64,000 nt of DNA from Pseudomonadota bacterium (GCA_039815145.1 JBCBZW010000010.1:2404-66403); one strand, 5' to 3'. Counted from the first letter of the stretch, positions 8,601 through 16,838 are shown. Numbers and translations are program-made. The notes: generated by a model not told the origin, from the letters alone.

Positions 8601-11600
8601 GCGATCCGATCGGCGTCACCGCCTTTGCCGCCGACGCCGATGGCACCAACAACGGCGTTGAGTACTCGCTCAGCGAGAATCCCAACGAGGCCTTCGCCAT
8701 CGATCCGGTGACGGGAGAGGTCACCGTCGCTGACCCCGCAGGTTTGGACTTCGAGTCCGCCCAGTCCATGCAGATCGAGGTCACGGCGACGTCGCAGGAC
8801 GGTTCCACCTCCACACAGACCTTCGACATCGCTGTCAGCGATAGCGACGAGTTCGATGTCTCCGCGGTGAGCGATGCCGACCGGGTCGCCAACACGATCG
8901 CCGAAAGCGCTACCGTAGGCGAGACGGTGGGAGTGACCGCCTTCGCTAGCGACACCGACGGTACCAACAGTGGGGTTGAGTACTCACTCAGTGCGAACCC
9001 CAACGACGCCTTCGCCATCGATCCGGTGACGGGCGAGGTCACCGTCGCTGATCCGGAAGGGCTGGACTTCGAGTCCGCCCAGTCCATGCAGATCGAGGTC
9101 ACCGCTACCTCGCAGGACGGCTCCACCTCCACACAGACCTTCGACATCGCCATCACCGATAGCGATGAGTTCGACGTCTCCGCGGTGGCCGACAACGACG
9201 GTCTCGCCAACTCGGTCGCTGAGAATGCTGGCGTGGGCGATTCCGTGGGAGTCACTGCGTTCGCGAGCGACGCCGATGGCACCAGCAGTGGCGTGGAGTA
9301 CTCGCTCAGCGAGAACCCCAACGATGCCTTCGCAATCGATCCTGTGACCGGCGAGGTGACAGTCGCTGCTCCGTCGGGTCTGGACTTCGAATCCGCCCAA
9401 TCCATGCAAATCGAGGTCACGGCCACCTCGCAGGACGGTTCCACCTCAACGCAGACCTTCGACATCGCCATCACCGATAGCGACGAGTTCGACATCTCAC
9501 CGGTCAGCGATGACGACGGCGCCGCCAACACCGTCGCTGAGACGGCGCTTGCCGGCGACTCGGTCGGTGTGACGGCCTTCGCCACCGATGCGGACGGCAC
9601 GTCCAACGCCGTCGAGTACTCGCTCAGCGAGAACCCTAACGACGCCTTCGCCATCGATTCGGTGACCGGTGAAGTCACGGTGGCGGACCCGGATGGGCTC
9701 GACTTCGAATCCGCCGAGTCGATGCAGATCGAGGTCACCGCCACCTCCCAGGATGGCTCCTCCTCGACCCAGACCTTCGACATCGCCATCACCGACGGCA
9801 ACGAGTTCGATGTCTCCGCGGTGAGCGATGCCGACGGGGCCGCCAATACCGTCGCCGAGAACGCCTCGGCGGGCGACTCGGTCGGGGTCACCGCCTTCGC
9901 CGCCGACGCCGACGGCACCAACAACGGCGTCGAGTACACCCTCAGCGACAACCCGAACGACGCCTTCGCCATCGATCCGCAGACGGGCGAAGTCACCGTG
10001 GCAGACCCCACGGGTCTGGATTTCGAGTCCGCTCAAAGCATGCAGATCGAGGTCACCGCCACCTCGCAAGACGGCTCCACCTCGACCCAGATCTTCGACG
10101 TCGAGGTCTCAGACATCGATGAATTCGATACCTCGGCGGTGAGCGACACGGACGGGACGGCGAGCGTCATCGCCGAGGGCGCCAGCAACGGCACCACCGT
10201 CGGCATCACCGCCTTTGCCAGCGATGCGGACGGCGCGACCAACGAGGTCTCCTACTCGCTCAGCAGCAACCCCGACGATGCCTTCGCCATCGATGCGAGC
10301 ACCGGCGTGGTGACCGTGAACGACACCACGGCGCTCGACTTCGAAGCGAGCGACACGATGCAGATCGAGGTCACGGCAACCTCCACGGACGGCTCGTCTA
10401 GCACGCAGACCTTCGACATCACCCTCACCGACGACGATGAGTTCGACGTCTCTGCCGTCGCGGACACGGACGGCGCCGCCAACTTCGTCTCCGAGAACGC
10501 CACCGCCGGCGACACGGTCGGGGTGACCGCTTTCGCCGCCGATGGGGATGGTACCAACAACGGTGTTAGCTACAGCCTGAGCGACGATGCGGGCGGCGCC
10601 TTCACCATCGACGCGGAGTCGGGCGAGGTCACCGTGGCCGATCCGAGCGCCATCGACTACGAACTCAACGCCAGCATGCAGATCGAGGTCACGGCCACCT
10701 CGCAGGACGGTTCCACCTCAGCGCAGAGCTTCACCATCGACGTGGGCAACGAGTCCGAGGGGCTGTTCACGGTCACCGCGCAGACCGAGACCTTCGACGA
10801 TGGTGCATCCGGCTGGTCCAACGACATCACCACCGGCGAAGGCGACTCCGCCTTCGGTGCCTTCCTCGGTCGCTTCGGCGCCGCCGACGGTGAGCAAGCC
10901 ACTACCAAGGACTTCGGCGTGGCCGACGATGCGGAGTACGTCACCGTCACCTTCGATTTCTACGAGATCGACAGCTGGGACGCGGGCTACTGGAGCCGCG
11001 ATGCGGGCGTCGAGACCTTCATCGTCGACATCAACGGCGAGACCGTGCTCAACGAGACCTTCACCCACGAGAGCAGCAGCCGACCGACGGACGTCGATCG
11101 CGAAGGCGGCGCTGACGGCGTGACCTACACGATCGACTCGGAAGAGTCCGTGCAGATGGGCTACTCAGGGTGGGCTGATCAGGTGCACGAGATCACCATC
11201 ACCCTGGAAGCACCGGAAGACGGCGTCATGGCGCTGGCCTTCGGTAGCACCTTGCACCAATCCCTGCGCGATGAGTCCTACGGTATCGACAACATCCGCG
11301 TGCAGAGCTTCGATGCTAACGGCAACGAGATGCTGGTCATCGAAGAAGGTGCAGAAGGCGGCGAGGTGGTGGGCGTACTCGCCGCTGCGGACAATGCCGA
11401 TGGCAGCGTCACCTACGAGCTCACCGATGCGGACTCGCCCTTCGAGATCGTCGACGGCAAGCTGCAGGTCAAGGACGGCGCCACCCTCGACTACGAGGCC
11501 CAGTCATCCTACGACGTGGAGGTGGTGGCCACCAACGAGAGTGGCCAAGTCGAGTCACAGACCCTCACAGTGCACGTGGCCGACCAGACCGGCCTCGCCG

Positions 11601-12994
11601 ATACGGCGGGCGAAGGGGCCATCGTCGACAGCGACGGCGCGCAGAACACGATCGACGTCACCCACGTGGCGAGCGGCGTGCCCGATAGCCTGCCGATCGA
11701 CATCGAGGTGCCGGCGTCCCAGGTCGAGGGCAGCCAGTTGCACTTCGTGATCGAGGGCGTGCCCGAGGGCGCTACCCTCTCCGCCGGCCACGCCCAGGGC
11801 GACGGCACCTGGCTGGTGTCGGCGGACGAAGCGGGCGATCTGACCCTGTCACCGCCCCAGGGAAGTGCGGGCATCGAACTGTCGATCACCCCGGTGGAGG
11901 TGTCCGCCGGCGGCGATAACCTCCTCGTCAACGGCAGCTTCGAGAGCGAGTCCGTGAACGACTGGACCACCGTGACGGAGCTGGAGGGTTGGGAGACCGT
12001 CGGCCGCACAGAGCTGTGGGAGTCCGGCTTCTCGGGCACGGAGGCGAGCGACGGCGACGTCTCCATCGAGCTGGACGCAAACCGCGGCGGCGCCGAGGGC
12101 ATCTATCAGAACGTCGACCTTGCCGAGGGCGAGGTGCACCAGGTGAGCTTCGACCTGCGCGCGCGCCCGAACACCTCGGACGACACCAACACGGTGGAGG
12201 TGTACTGGAACGGCGAGCTGGTCATGGAGGTCACCCCGGACTCCACGGAATGGGAGACGATCACCTTCGAGGTCACCGGCTCCGACGGCACGGATCAGCT
12301 GATGTTCATGGAGTCGAGCGAAGACTCGGACAGCTACGGCGCACACATTGACAACGTGTCCCTGGTGCAACTGGACGTCGAACACGAGCACCCGGCCCAG
12401 GCCTTCGTGTGGGAAGAACAGGATGGCGTGGCCGCCGGTGACTCGGTCGGCATCACTGCCGCGCCGTCCGACGGCGACGACGCCGGCGTCACCTACAGCC
12501 TGGCGGACAACCCCAACGACGCCTTCGCCATCGACGCTGAGACCGGTGAGGTCACGGTGGCGGATGCGGACGCGGTGCGCGAGCTCGGCGGCAGCACCGT
12601 CGAGTTGGAGGTGACCGCGACTTCGGCGGACGGCGACACCGCCACCCAGGGATTCAGCATCGACGTCACCCGCGACAGCGATGCGAACGAGACCTTCACC
12701 GGCGGCGCGGGCGACGACGCCGTAGACGGCGCCGGCGGCGATGACCTGTACCAGTTCTTCGCCATGGACACGGGCACCAACAGCTTCGACGGAGGGACGG
12801 GATGGGACGCCGTGGCATTGGAGGTGCCCGCCGGCAGCGATGACACACCTTGGACGATCGAGGTGGACGGTCAGACCATCGACTACGACCTGGACGCCGG
12901 CACGATCGACCTGGACGCCGACAGCAGCGGCACGATCACCTACGAGGATGGCAGCCAGCTCGAGTTCGAGCGCCTGGACAACATCTTCTGGTAG
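5660..12994 (+). CDS. Giant cadherin-repeat surface adhesin with RTX-like C-terminus (probable T1SS substrate)
   Basis: 2444 aa with no N-terminal signal peptide. Layout: acidic low-complexity N-terminus, 13 contiguous plus 2 dispersed ~106-aa units (YSLSENPNDAFAIDPVTGEVTVADP..DFE..MQIEVTATSQDGSTS), two non-cadherin beta-sandwich-like inserts, then C-terminal GGAGDDAVDGAGGDD motifs and an acidic tail. Confidence 0.9.
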   Translation: MSDAEQDQAQPKRGPNTIDSALDREVGQQGAERRREDVQEVKVDGDGDQAGQAPRAGGYGTPEFAADGDSETLVERTPEATSIEDVQVDARTVSLDGAPADNGGAESRRGSSNSAPSGNSEDESPAPINAASPAEEGATDDATPGASRTFASDAERAGPAFPQGESEIPNGSFIPVELDDTSGDEEAATSAPSSPTEDNEAPPAAAADQDTQGAPEAAASDTTAVSDGASAPDEAGENAARGDEEAATSAPPAPTEDNEAPPAAAAGQDTQDAPEAAAGNTTAISDGASAPGEVGENAAQGDQEAATSASSSQTENNEQPPAAAAADTTVIADGASATNEVGENAAQGDRVGIVATAPGNEDAPVTFSLADDAGGRFAIASATGEVTVAAPELLDFESAQSHEIVVEATSPNGAVSTQSFVIQVTDHDEFDLSPVVDGDAAQDGITENANVGDTVGVAVSAVDEDGSDNAVQYSLSENPNGAFAIDASSGVVTVADPAGIDFETSPSMQIEVTATAQDGSTSTQRFDIAVDDVNEYSVTPAGDTDDAPNLVSENARVGDLVGVAAAAEDADGTDAVSYSLTGNPNDAFAIDSETGVVSVADPAGIDFESASSMQIEVTATSADGSTSTQTFEIAVTDENEFDITATADRDAGSDTVAENAAAGDRVGVTAFASDADGSSSGVEYSLSENPNDAFAIDPVTGEVTVADPAALDFESAQSMQIEVTATSQDGSTSSQSFDIAVTDSDEFDVSAVEDNNGVANTVAENAAVGDSIGVTAFAADADGTNNGVEYSLSENPNDAFAIDPVTGEVTVADPAGLDFESTQSMQIEVTATSQDGSTSAQTFDIAVTDSDEFNVSPVEDNDGLANSVAENADEGDSVGVTAFASDADGTNNGVEYSLSENPNDAFAIDPNTGEVTVADPAGLDFESAQSMQIEVTATSQDGSTSAQSFDIAVTDSDEFDVSSVEDNDGVANTIGENAAVGDPIGVTAFAADADGTNNGVEYSLSENPNEAFAIDPVTGEVTVADPAGLDFESAQSMQIEVTATSQDGSTSTQTFDIAVSDSDEFDVSAVSDADRVANTIAESATVGETVGVTAFASDTDGTNSGVEYSLSANPNDAFAIDPVTGEVTVADPEGLDFESAQSMQIEVTATSQDGSTSTQTFDIAITDSDEFDVSAVADNDGLANSVAENAGVGDSVGVTAFASDADGTSSGVEYSLSENPNDAFAIDPVTGEVTVAAPSGLDFESAQSMQIEVTATSQDGSTSTQTFDIAITDSDEFDISPVSDDDGAANTVAETALAGDSVGVTAFATDADGTSNAVEYSLSENPNDAFAIDSVTGEVTVADPDGLDFESAESMQIEVTATSQDGSSSTQTFDIAITDGNEFDVSAVSDADGAANTVAENASAGDSVGVTAFAADADGTNNGVEYTLSDNPNDAFAIDPQTGEVTVADPTGLDFESAQSMQIEVTATSQDGSTSTQIFDVEVSDIDEFDTSAVSDTDGTASVIAEGASNGTTVGITAFASDADGATNEVSYSLSSNPDDAFAIDASTGVVTVNDTTALDFEASDTMQIEVTATSTDGSSSTQTFDITLTDDDEFDVSAVADTDGAANFVSENATAGDTVGVTAFAADGDGTNNGVSYSLSDDAGGAFTIDAESGEVTVADPSAIDYELNASMQIEVTATSQDGSTSAQSFTIDVGNESEGLFTVTAQTETFDDGASGWSNDITTGEGDSAFGAFLGRFGAADGEQATTKDFGVADDAEYVTVTFDFYEIDSWDAGYWSRDAGVETFIVDINGETVLNETFTHESSSRPTDVDREGGADGVTYTIDSEESVQMGYSGWADQVHEITITLEAPEDGVMALAFGSTLHQSLRDESYGIDNIRVQSFDANGNEMLVIEEGAEGGEVVGVLAAADNADGSVTYELTDADSPFEIVDGKLQVKDGATLDYEAQSSYDVEVVATNESGQVESQTLTVHVADQTGLADTAGEGAIVDSDGAQNTIDVTHVASGVPDSLPIDIEVPASQVEGSQLHFVIEGVPEGATLSAGHAQGDGTWLVSADEAGDLTLSPPQGSAGIELSITPVEVSAGGDNLLVNGSFESESVNDWTTVTELEGWETVGRTELWESGFSGTEASDGDVSIELDANRGGAEGIYQNVDLAEGEVHQVSFDLRARPNTSDDTNTVEVYWNGELVMEVTPDSTEWETITFEVTGSDGTDQLMFMESSEDSDSYGAHIDNVSLVQLDVEHEHPAQAFVWEEQDGVAAGDSVGITAAPSDGDDAGVTYSLADNPNDAFAIDAETGEVTVADADAVRELGGSTVELEVTATSADGDTATQGFSIDVTRDSDANETFTGGAGDDAVDGAGGDDLYQFFAMDTGTNSFDGGTGWDAVALEVPAGSDDTPWTIEVDGQTIDYDLDAGTIDLDADSSGTITYEDGSQLEFERLDNIFW
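6206..6706 (+). repeat. 177-bp (59-aa) tandem repeat x3 (third copy truncated) encoding an acidic Ala/Pro/Glu-rich linker
   Basis: The unit GDEEAATSAP..TEDNEAPPAAA..QDTQ.APEAAA..TTA.SDGASAP.E.GENAA starts at 6206, 6383 and 6560, an exact 177-nt spacing that is codon-aligned. Confidence 0.9.
6680..10760 (+). repeat. 318-bp (106-aa) tandem array of 13 cadherin-like units inside the adhesin gene
   Basis: The anchor gccttcgcc(atcga) recurs at 6785, 7103, 7418, 7736, 8054, 8372, 8690, 9008, 9326, 9644, 9962, 10280 and 10598. Spacing is 318 nt, with one 315-nt step. Units 4-11 look near-identical by eye. Confidence 0.95.
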
Positions 12995-12997
12995 CCC

Positions 12998-13891
12998 TCA
13001 AACGAGGGCGACGATGATGATGCCCACGGTCATGAGCGCGTTGGCGCTCAGGATCGCCAACACGCGTAGCAGCATCGAGCGTTGGCCAGGCACGGCCTGC
13101 GGCGTGCGCCATTGGATCGCGGCGAGAAGCGTGGGTACCGCGATCACCGCCCCCGCAGCCAGCCGCCCGATAGGCAGGGGCGAGACGGCCACGAAGGTCG
13201 CGCTCGCCAGCAGTTGCAGGGCCAGCGCCAGGCGTTGCGCCCCGCCCTGCCCGAGGCGTACGGCCAGGGTGCGCTTCGCGCTCTCCCGGTCGCTCGGCTC
13301 GTCGGGCAAGGCCGTGCCTATCGCGCCCGCTAGCTGCATCGGCAGCGTGGCGAGCAGAAGCAACCAGGGAAACGCACTCAGGGTGCCCGCCTGCGCGTAG
13401 TAACCGAGGGTCGGCAGCACCACCCCGATCCCGAGCACCTGCAACAGCTCTCCGCCTCCGCGGTAGGACAGGCGCAGAGGCCGATAGCTGTACGCCCAGA
13501 GCAACAGCACGGCCAGGCCCGCGAAGATCGGCGCCAGGGGACGGGCGTAGGCGACGGCCAGCACCCCCGTGACCGACACCAACAGCACCGCACACAGGAG
13601 GGCGGCGATCGCCAGGTCCCGGCGGGACAGTTGGCCGTCCGTGAGCACTCGACTACCGCCGGAGAAGGGCGTGGCGGTGTGGTTGCGCCGATCGGTCTCG
13701 ACGTCGGCGACGTCGTTGGCGAAGACGATGTACAGCTGGTCAAACACGCCGAAGAGCAGCAACCAGGCGAAGATCGACCACGAGAACTGGCCCACCAGCG
13801 CCAGGGCGAGTACCTGGCCGAGTATCAGGGAGGGCGCGATGTTGCTCTGCGCCGCAGGACGGGCGGCGCGCACCCACGCCGCGACGGTCAT
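12998..13891 (-). CDS. UbiA-superfamily (MenA-like) aromatic prenyltransferase, paralogue 2
   Basis: Polytopic membrane protein. First Asp-rich motif FANDVADVETD; second motif PDEPSDRESAKRTLAVRLG; WAYSYRPLRLSYRGGGELL block shared with the paralogue at 14629-15576. Confidence 0.8.
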   Translation of the reverse strand: MTVAAWVRAARPAAQSNIAPSLILGQVLALALVGQFSWSIFAWLLLFGVFDQLYIVFANDVADVETDRRNHTATPFSGGSRVLTDGQLSRRDLAIAALLCAVLLVSVTGVLAVAYARPLAPIFAGLAVLLLWAYSYRPLRLSYRGGGELLQVLGIGVVLPTLGYYAQAGTLSAFPWLLLLATLPMQLAGAIGTALPDEPSDRESAKRTLAVRLGQGGAQRLALALQLLASATFVAVSPLPIGRLAAGAVIAVPTLLAAIQWRTPQAVPGQRSMLLRVLAILSANALMTVGIIIVALV

Positions 13892-13927
13892 CGGCTGGGC
13901 ATCAGGCGGGTGTCAGCGCGTCGCGGC

Positions 13928-14632
13928 TCACCTCGCAAAGCCTAACTCCACCGCGAGTTCGGCTCGCTGCTCGGCGAAGCGCGCACCCCACTGCGCACGC
14001 CCCCGTCGATCCCAGGTGGCGACGGGAATCTGCCCGCGATCGGCCAACACCTCGTGCAGGCGTCGCTCGTCCTGAGGCTCGCGGGAGAAGCCGAAGGGGT
14101 TGCGCGGACGCTCGTCCCGCAGGCGCCCGTACTTCGCATCGTCCTTGGCGATCAGCACGAGCAACTCCTGGCGCCGGCACTCCAGGTAGGCGAGGAAGAC
14201 CTCGTCGAAGGGACCGATGTGCGCGCGCTGCTCCGGCGCCTTGGCCACCCACTTGGCCCAATCGAATCCATAGGTGAAGTCGTGAACGTAGCGGAAACGG
14301 ATGCTCGAGTGGATGCCGAATCCGTCGACCAACCCGACGAAGCGCTCGCCCATCGCCTCGATGGCCTCGACGCTGGGCCGATCGGCCAAGGCCTGGATGA
14401 TCAGATCGAGGTCCCAGAAGACGTTGTCGGGAAAGTGCATGGCGATGGCGCGCACCACGCGCTCGGTCTGGCGGTAGACGGCCGCCGCGCGAGCAGGCGT
14501 CAGACCGAGGTGCGGCCACAGCGCCGCGAAGGACGTCGGCTCGCGGCGCCCCGGGCAAAGGGACGCCCTCTCCCCTACTTCTTCGTCGAGCCACGCATCG
14601 AGGGCGGCCCCGTCAATCGCTATCGCCGTCAT
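13928..14632 (-). CDS. Soluble protein of unknown function encoded between two prenyltransferase genes
   Basis: 234 aa with no TM segment or signal peptide. Its ATG overlaps the upstream UbiA stop (ATGA at 14629-14632). I recognise no family (HFPDNVFWDLDL, IRFRYVHDFTYGFDWAKWV). Confidence 0.7.
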   Translation of the reverse strand: MTAIAIDGAALDAWLDEEVGERASLCPGRREPTSFAALWPHLGLTPARAAAVYRQTERVVRAIAMHFPDNVFWDLDLIIQALADRPSVEAIEAMGERFVGLVDGFGIHSSIRFRYVHDFTYGFDWAKWVAKAPEQRAHIGPFDEVFLAYLECRRQELLVLIAKDDAKYGRLRDERPRNPFGFSREPQDERRLHEVLADRGQIPVATWDRRGRAQWGARFAEQRAELAVELGFAR

Positions 14633-15576
14633 GTGAGCTCAGCCAGCGCCGCGAGCATCGCGGCCAGGATCGTCGCGCTCCACCAAATCGCGCGGTGCAG
14701 CTCTAGCTTATACAGGCCCTGCTCGCGAAACGCATCCGTGACCGCGCCCCGGGTGGTGGACAGCAGGCGCGGCACCAGGGCGAAGGCCACGGCCGCCGCC
14801 AGCGCAGGAACCGCCCACGGCAAACCCGACCCCAGCCACCATGGCGAGAGCGCCCAACCCGCGGCGCCGAGCAACACCAGGGCCTCGACGAGGCGTCTGG
14901 TGGCGGGGTTGCCGAGCGTGTTCGCCCCCGTGCGCTTGCCACCCTCGCGGTCACTACGCTCATCGGCCAGGCCACTCGCGAGTGCACTCGCCAAGGACAG
15001 GACGACAAAGGGCCCGAGCAACCCGTACGGCGTATCCCAGGTGACCCCGGACTGGGCGTAGGCGTTCAACCAGGGGAGCACTGCGCCCACGCCGATGGCT
15101 TCGAGCAGTTCGCCACCGCCTCGGTAATTCAGGCGCAGGGGCGGCAGCGTGTAGGCCCAGAAGATCGCGAGCGCCACCAGGCCCGCGAGGCCGAGTCCGG
15201 GTCGACCGAGGGTCGCCTCGAAGAGGAAGGCCATGCCCACGGCGATCGCCCCTGCCGCCAGGCCGGCCAGGAGCACGGCGCGACTCGGCAGGATGCGGTC
15301 GGGGATGGTCTTCGGCGAACAGCCATTGGGAAACATCTGGCGCTTGATGCGATCGACGGCGGCGTCGCCCCAGTCGTTCAGGAAGACGATGTAGAGCAGG
15401 TCGGCCACGACGAAGAGCACGCCGAATGCAAGCGCGGGCACGCTCACCCCGCCGGCGACGTAGGCGCCGAGGCCCTGACCGAGTGCCATGGGGACGAGGA
15501 GCTTGGGCCAACTCTTCGGCTTGGCCGCGTAGACCCAACGGGTCCACGGGGTCAGGGCTTCTTGTTGCGTTGTCAC
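14629..15576 (-). CDS. UbiA-superfamily (MenA-like) aromatic prenyltransferase, paralogue 1
   Basis: Polytopic membrane protein. Motifs FLNDWGDAAVD, WAYTLPPLRLNYRGGGELL and ADERSDREGGKRTGANTLG. First gene of a three-gene minus-strand operon. Confidence 0.8.
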   Translation of the reverse strand: MTTQQEALTPWTRWVYAAKPKSWPKLLVPMALGQGLGAYVAGGVSVPALAFGVLFVVADLLYIVFLNDWGDAAVDRIKRQMFPNGCSPKTIPDRILPSRAVLLAGLAAGAIAVGMAFLFEATLGRPGLGLAGLVALAIFWAYTLPPLRLNYRGGGELLEAIGVGAVLPWLNAYAQSGVTWDTPYGLLGPFVVLSLASALASGLADERSDREGGKRTGANTLGNPATRRLVEALVLLGAAGWALSPWWLGSGLPWAVPALAAAVAFALVPRLLSTTRGAVTDAFREQGLYKLELHRAIWWSATILAAMLAALAELT

Positions 15577-15840
15577 GAGATCGAGTCTTCCAGCGCGTCG
15601 ACGGAGACTTGCGGCGTCCTACCGGCGCGCCACCCGCCTCCCGCACGCCGCCCCAGATTGGACCACAGCCCCGAGGTCACGCTCCACCCGCACCCCACAG
15701 GACTCACCACCGCCGACCAGCTGATGCGGTACGGACCGAAAGGGGCAGTGGGCAAATTCGCGCGACGACTCACCGTTCGGCGCGGAATCAAATTTGTTCC
15801 CTCGCCCAACAGATTCTTAGTTTCCTCGATCGATCAGTCG

Positions 15841-15858
15841 GTTTCGATACATCGAAAC
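15841..15858. promoter_or_regulatory. Palindromic operator-like site GTTTCGA-TACA-TCGAAAC in a divergent intergenic region
   Basis: Perfect 7-bp inverted arms with a 4-nt spacer, in the locally AT-richer part of the 398-bp spacer between the UbiA operon and the 15975 gene. Confidence 0.3.
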
Positions 15859-15974
15859 GCTATCAGTCTTCCTCGGCTGTTGCGCGCGAGCCGCGAAGGT
15901 CAGACGCTCAAGCCCCACGCCTCACCCGTCCCGCATCGGGCGGGGCTGCAAAGCGCAACCCTCAGGAGTGAACG

Positions 15975-16838
15975 ATGATCAGCAATCGCTCGGCAGCCTT
16001 CACGATCAGCCTCCTCGCCACCCTCGCCGCCGCTGGCGCACAAGCCAGTGAATCGAGTGAGCACCTAAGAAGCTGCGATACTCCCTGGGAGCATCACGGC
16101 GTCTCGGAAGCGACCATCTTCTACGGCATCGATGCGATCTTCCCGCCGGAGCAAGGGCCCATCTTCGACATGGCGGCGGAGCGCAACACCAGCGCCTACC
16201 GCCAGCGGGCCTTCGACTTCTTTGCAGAACGCTTCGGCGTCACCTTCGATGTGAATAGTCCCGGCGTGCAGCTGGCGGTCGACCGAGAGGGCCGCACGGC
16301 CACCATGCAGCCGATCCAGCTCGGGGCAGACACCAGCCATCAGGTCTACGGCATCGACGCCCAGCGCATCCCCCAATGGCGCCACCGGCTGCCGATGACG
16401 AGCGCTGCCCTGCGCGACGATGGCTATTTCACCTTCGTCGGCGAGGAAGGCTTTCGCGTCCACGGCACCTACGGCGGCGAAGACGGTGTCGAATTACCCC
16501 CAGGCAGTGTCTTCCTGCTAGGTGAGTACCGCATGTTCGACGGCGATGATCAGCTCATCGACACGCTGCGCTACCGCTCCACCCAACCTGCATTCGCCGT
16601 TGTTGACCCAGGCGCGGCACTACCAACCCAGCTGGTCACGATCACCTGTGAGGTCCAAAGCGATCTGTTCGGTGACGGCAAGGTGCAGGCCCTGGGCACG
16701 CAGATAACGCTCGCGGACGGGTCTGCGGATTGGGACTTCCGCTACACGCTGCGCTTCCCGAGCAGAATCTCGGACGCCTCTCTGCGTCGGCCACGCTGCA
16801 AGCAGATCCGCGCTCGCACGGGCATCGACGGGCCCTGA
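15975..16838 (+). CDS. Secreted protein of unknown function
   Basis: AGGAG RBS 6 nt upstream of the ATG. Signal peptide MISNRSAAFTISLLATLAAAGAQA|SE. No recognisable family. Followed by a terminator. Confidence 0.7.
   Translation: MISNRSAAFTISLLATLAAAGAQASESSEHLRSCDTPWEHHGVSEATIFYGIDAIFPPEQGPIFDMAAERNTSAYRQRAFDFFAERFGVTFDVNSPGVQLAVDREGRTATMQPIQLGADTSHQVYGIDAQRIPQWRHRLPMTSAALRDDGYFTFVGEEGFRVHGTYGGEDGVELPPGSVFLLGEYRMFDGDDQLIDTLRYRSTQPAFAVVDPGAALPTQLVTITCEVQSDLFGDGKVQALGTQITLADGSADWDFRYTLRFPSRISDASLRRPRCKQIRARTGIDGP

Noticed and set aside
7390-10011. 873-aa ORF on the minus strand, itself repetitive (SATVTSPVTGSMAKASLGFSLSEYSTPL...), antisense to the adhesin gene.
   Set aside because: It is a mirror-frame artefact of a GC-rich, stop-poor repeat array. 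It has no start context. Its periodicity is simply the reverse complement of the 318-bp cadherin units, and the plus-strand product has clear domain homology.
6680-10760. Regular 318-bp periodicity, considered as a possible CRISPR or satellite array.
   Set aside because: The period is far too long, and there is no repeat-spacer alternation. The array is fully in frame within one ORF that encodes recognisable cadherin-like domains.
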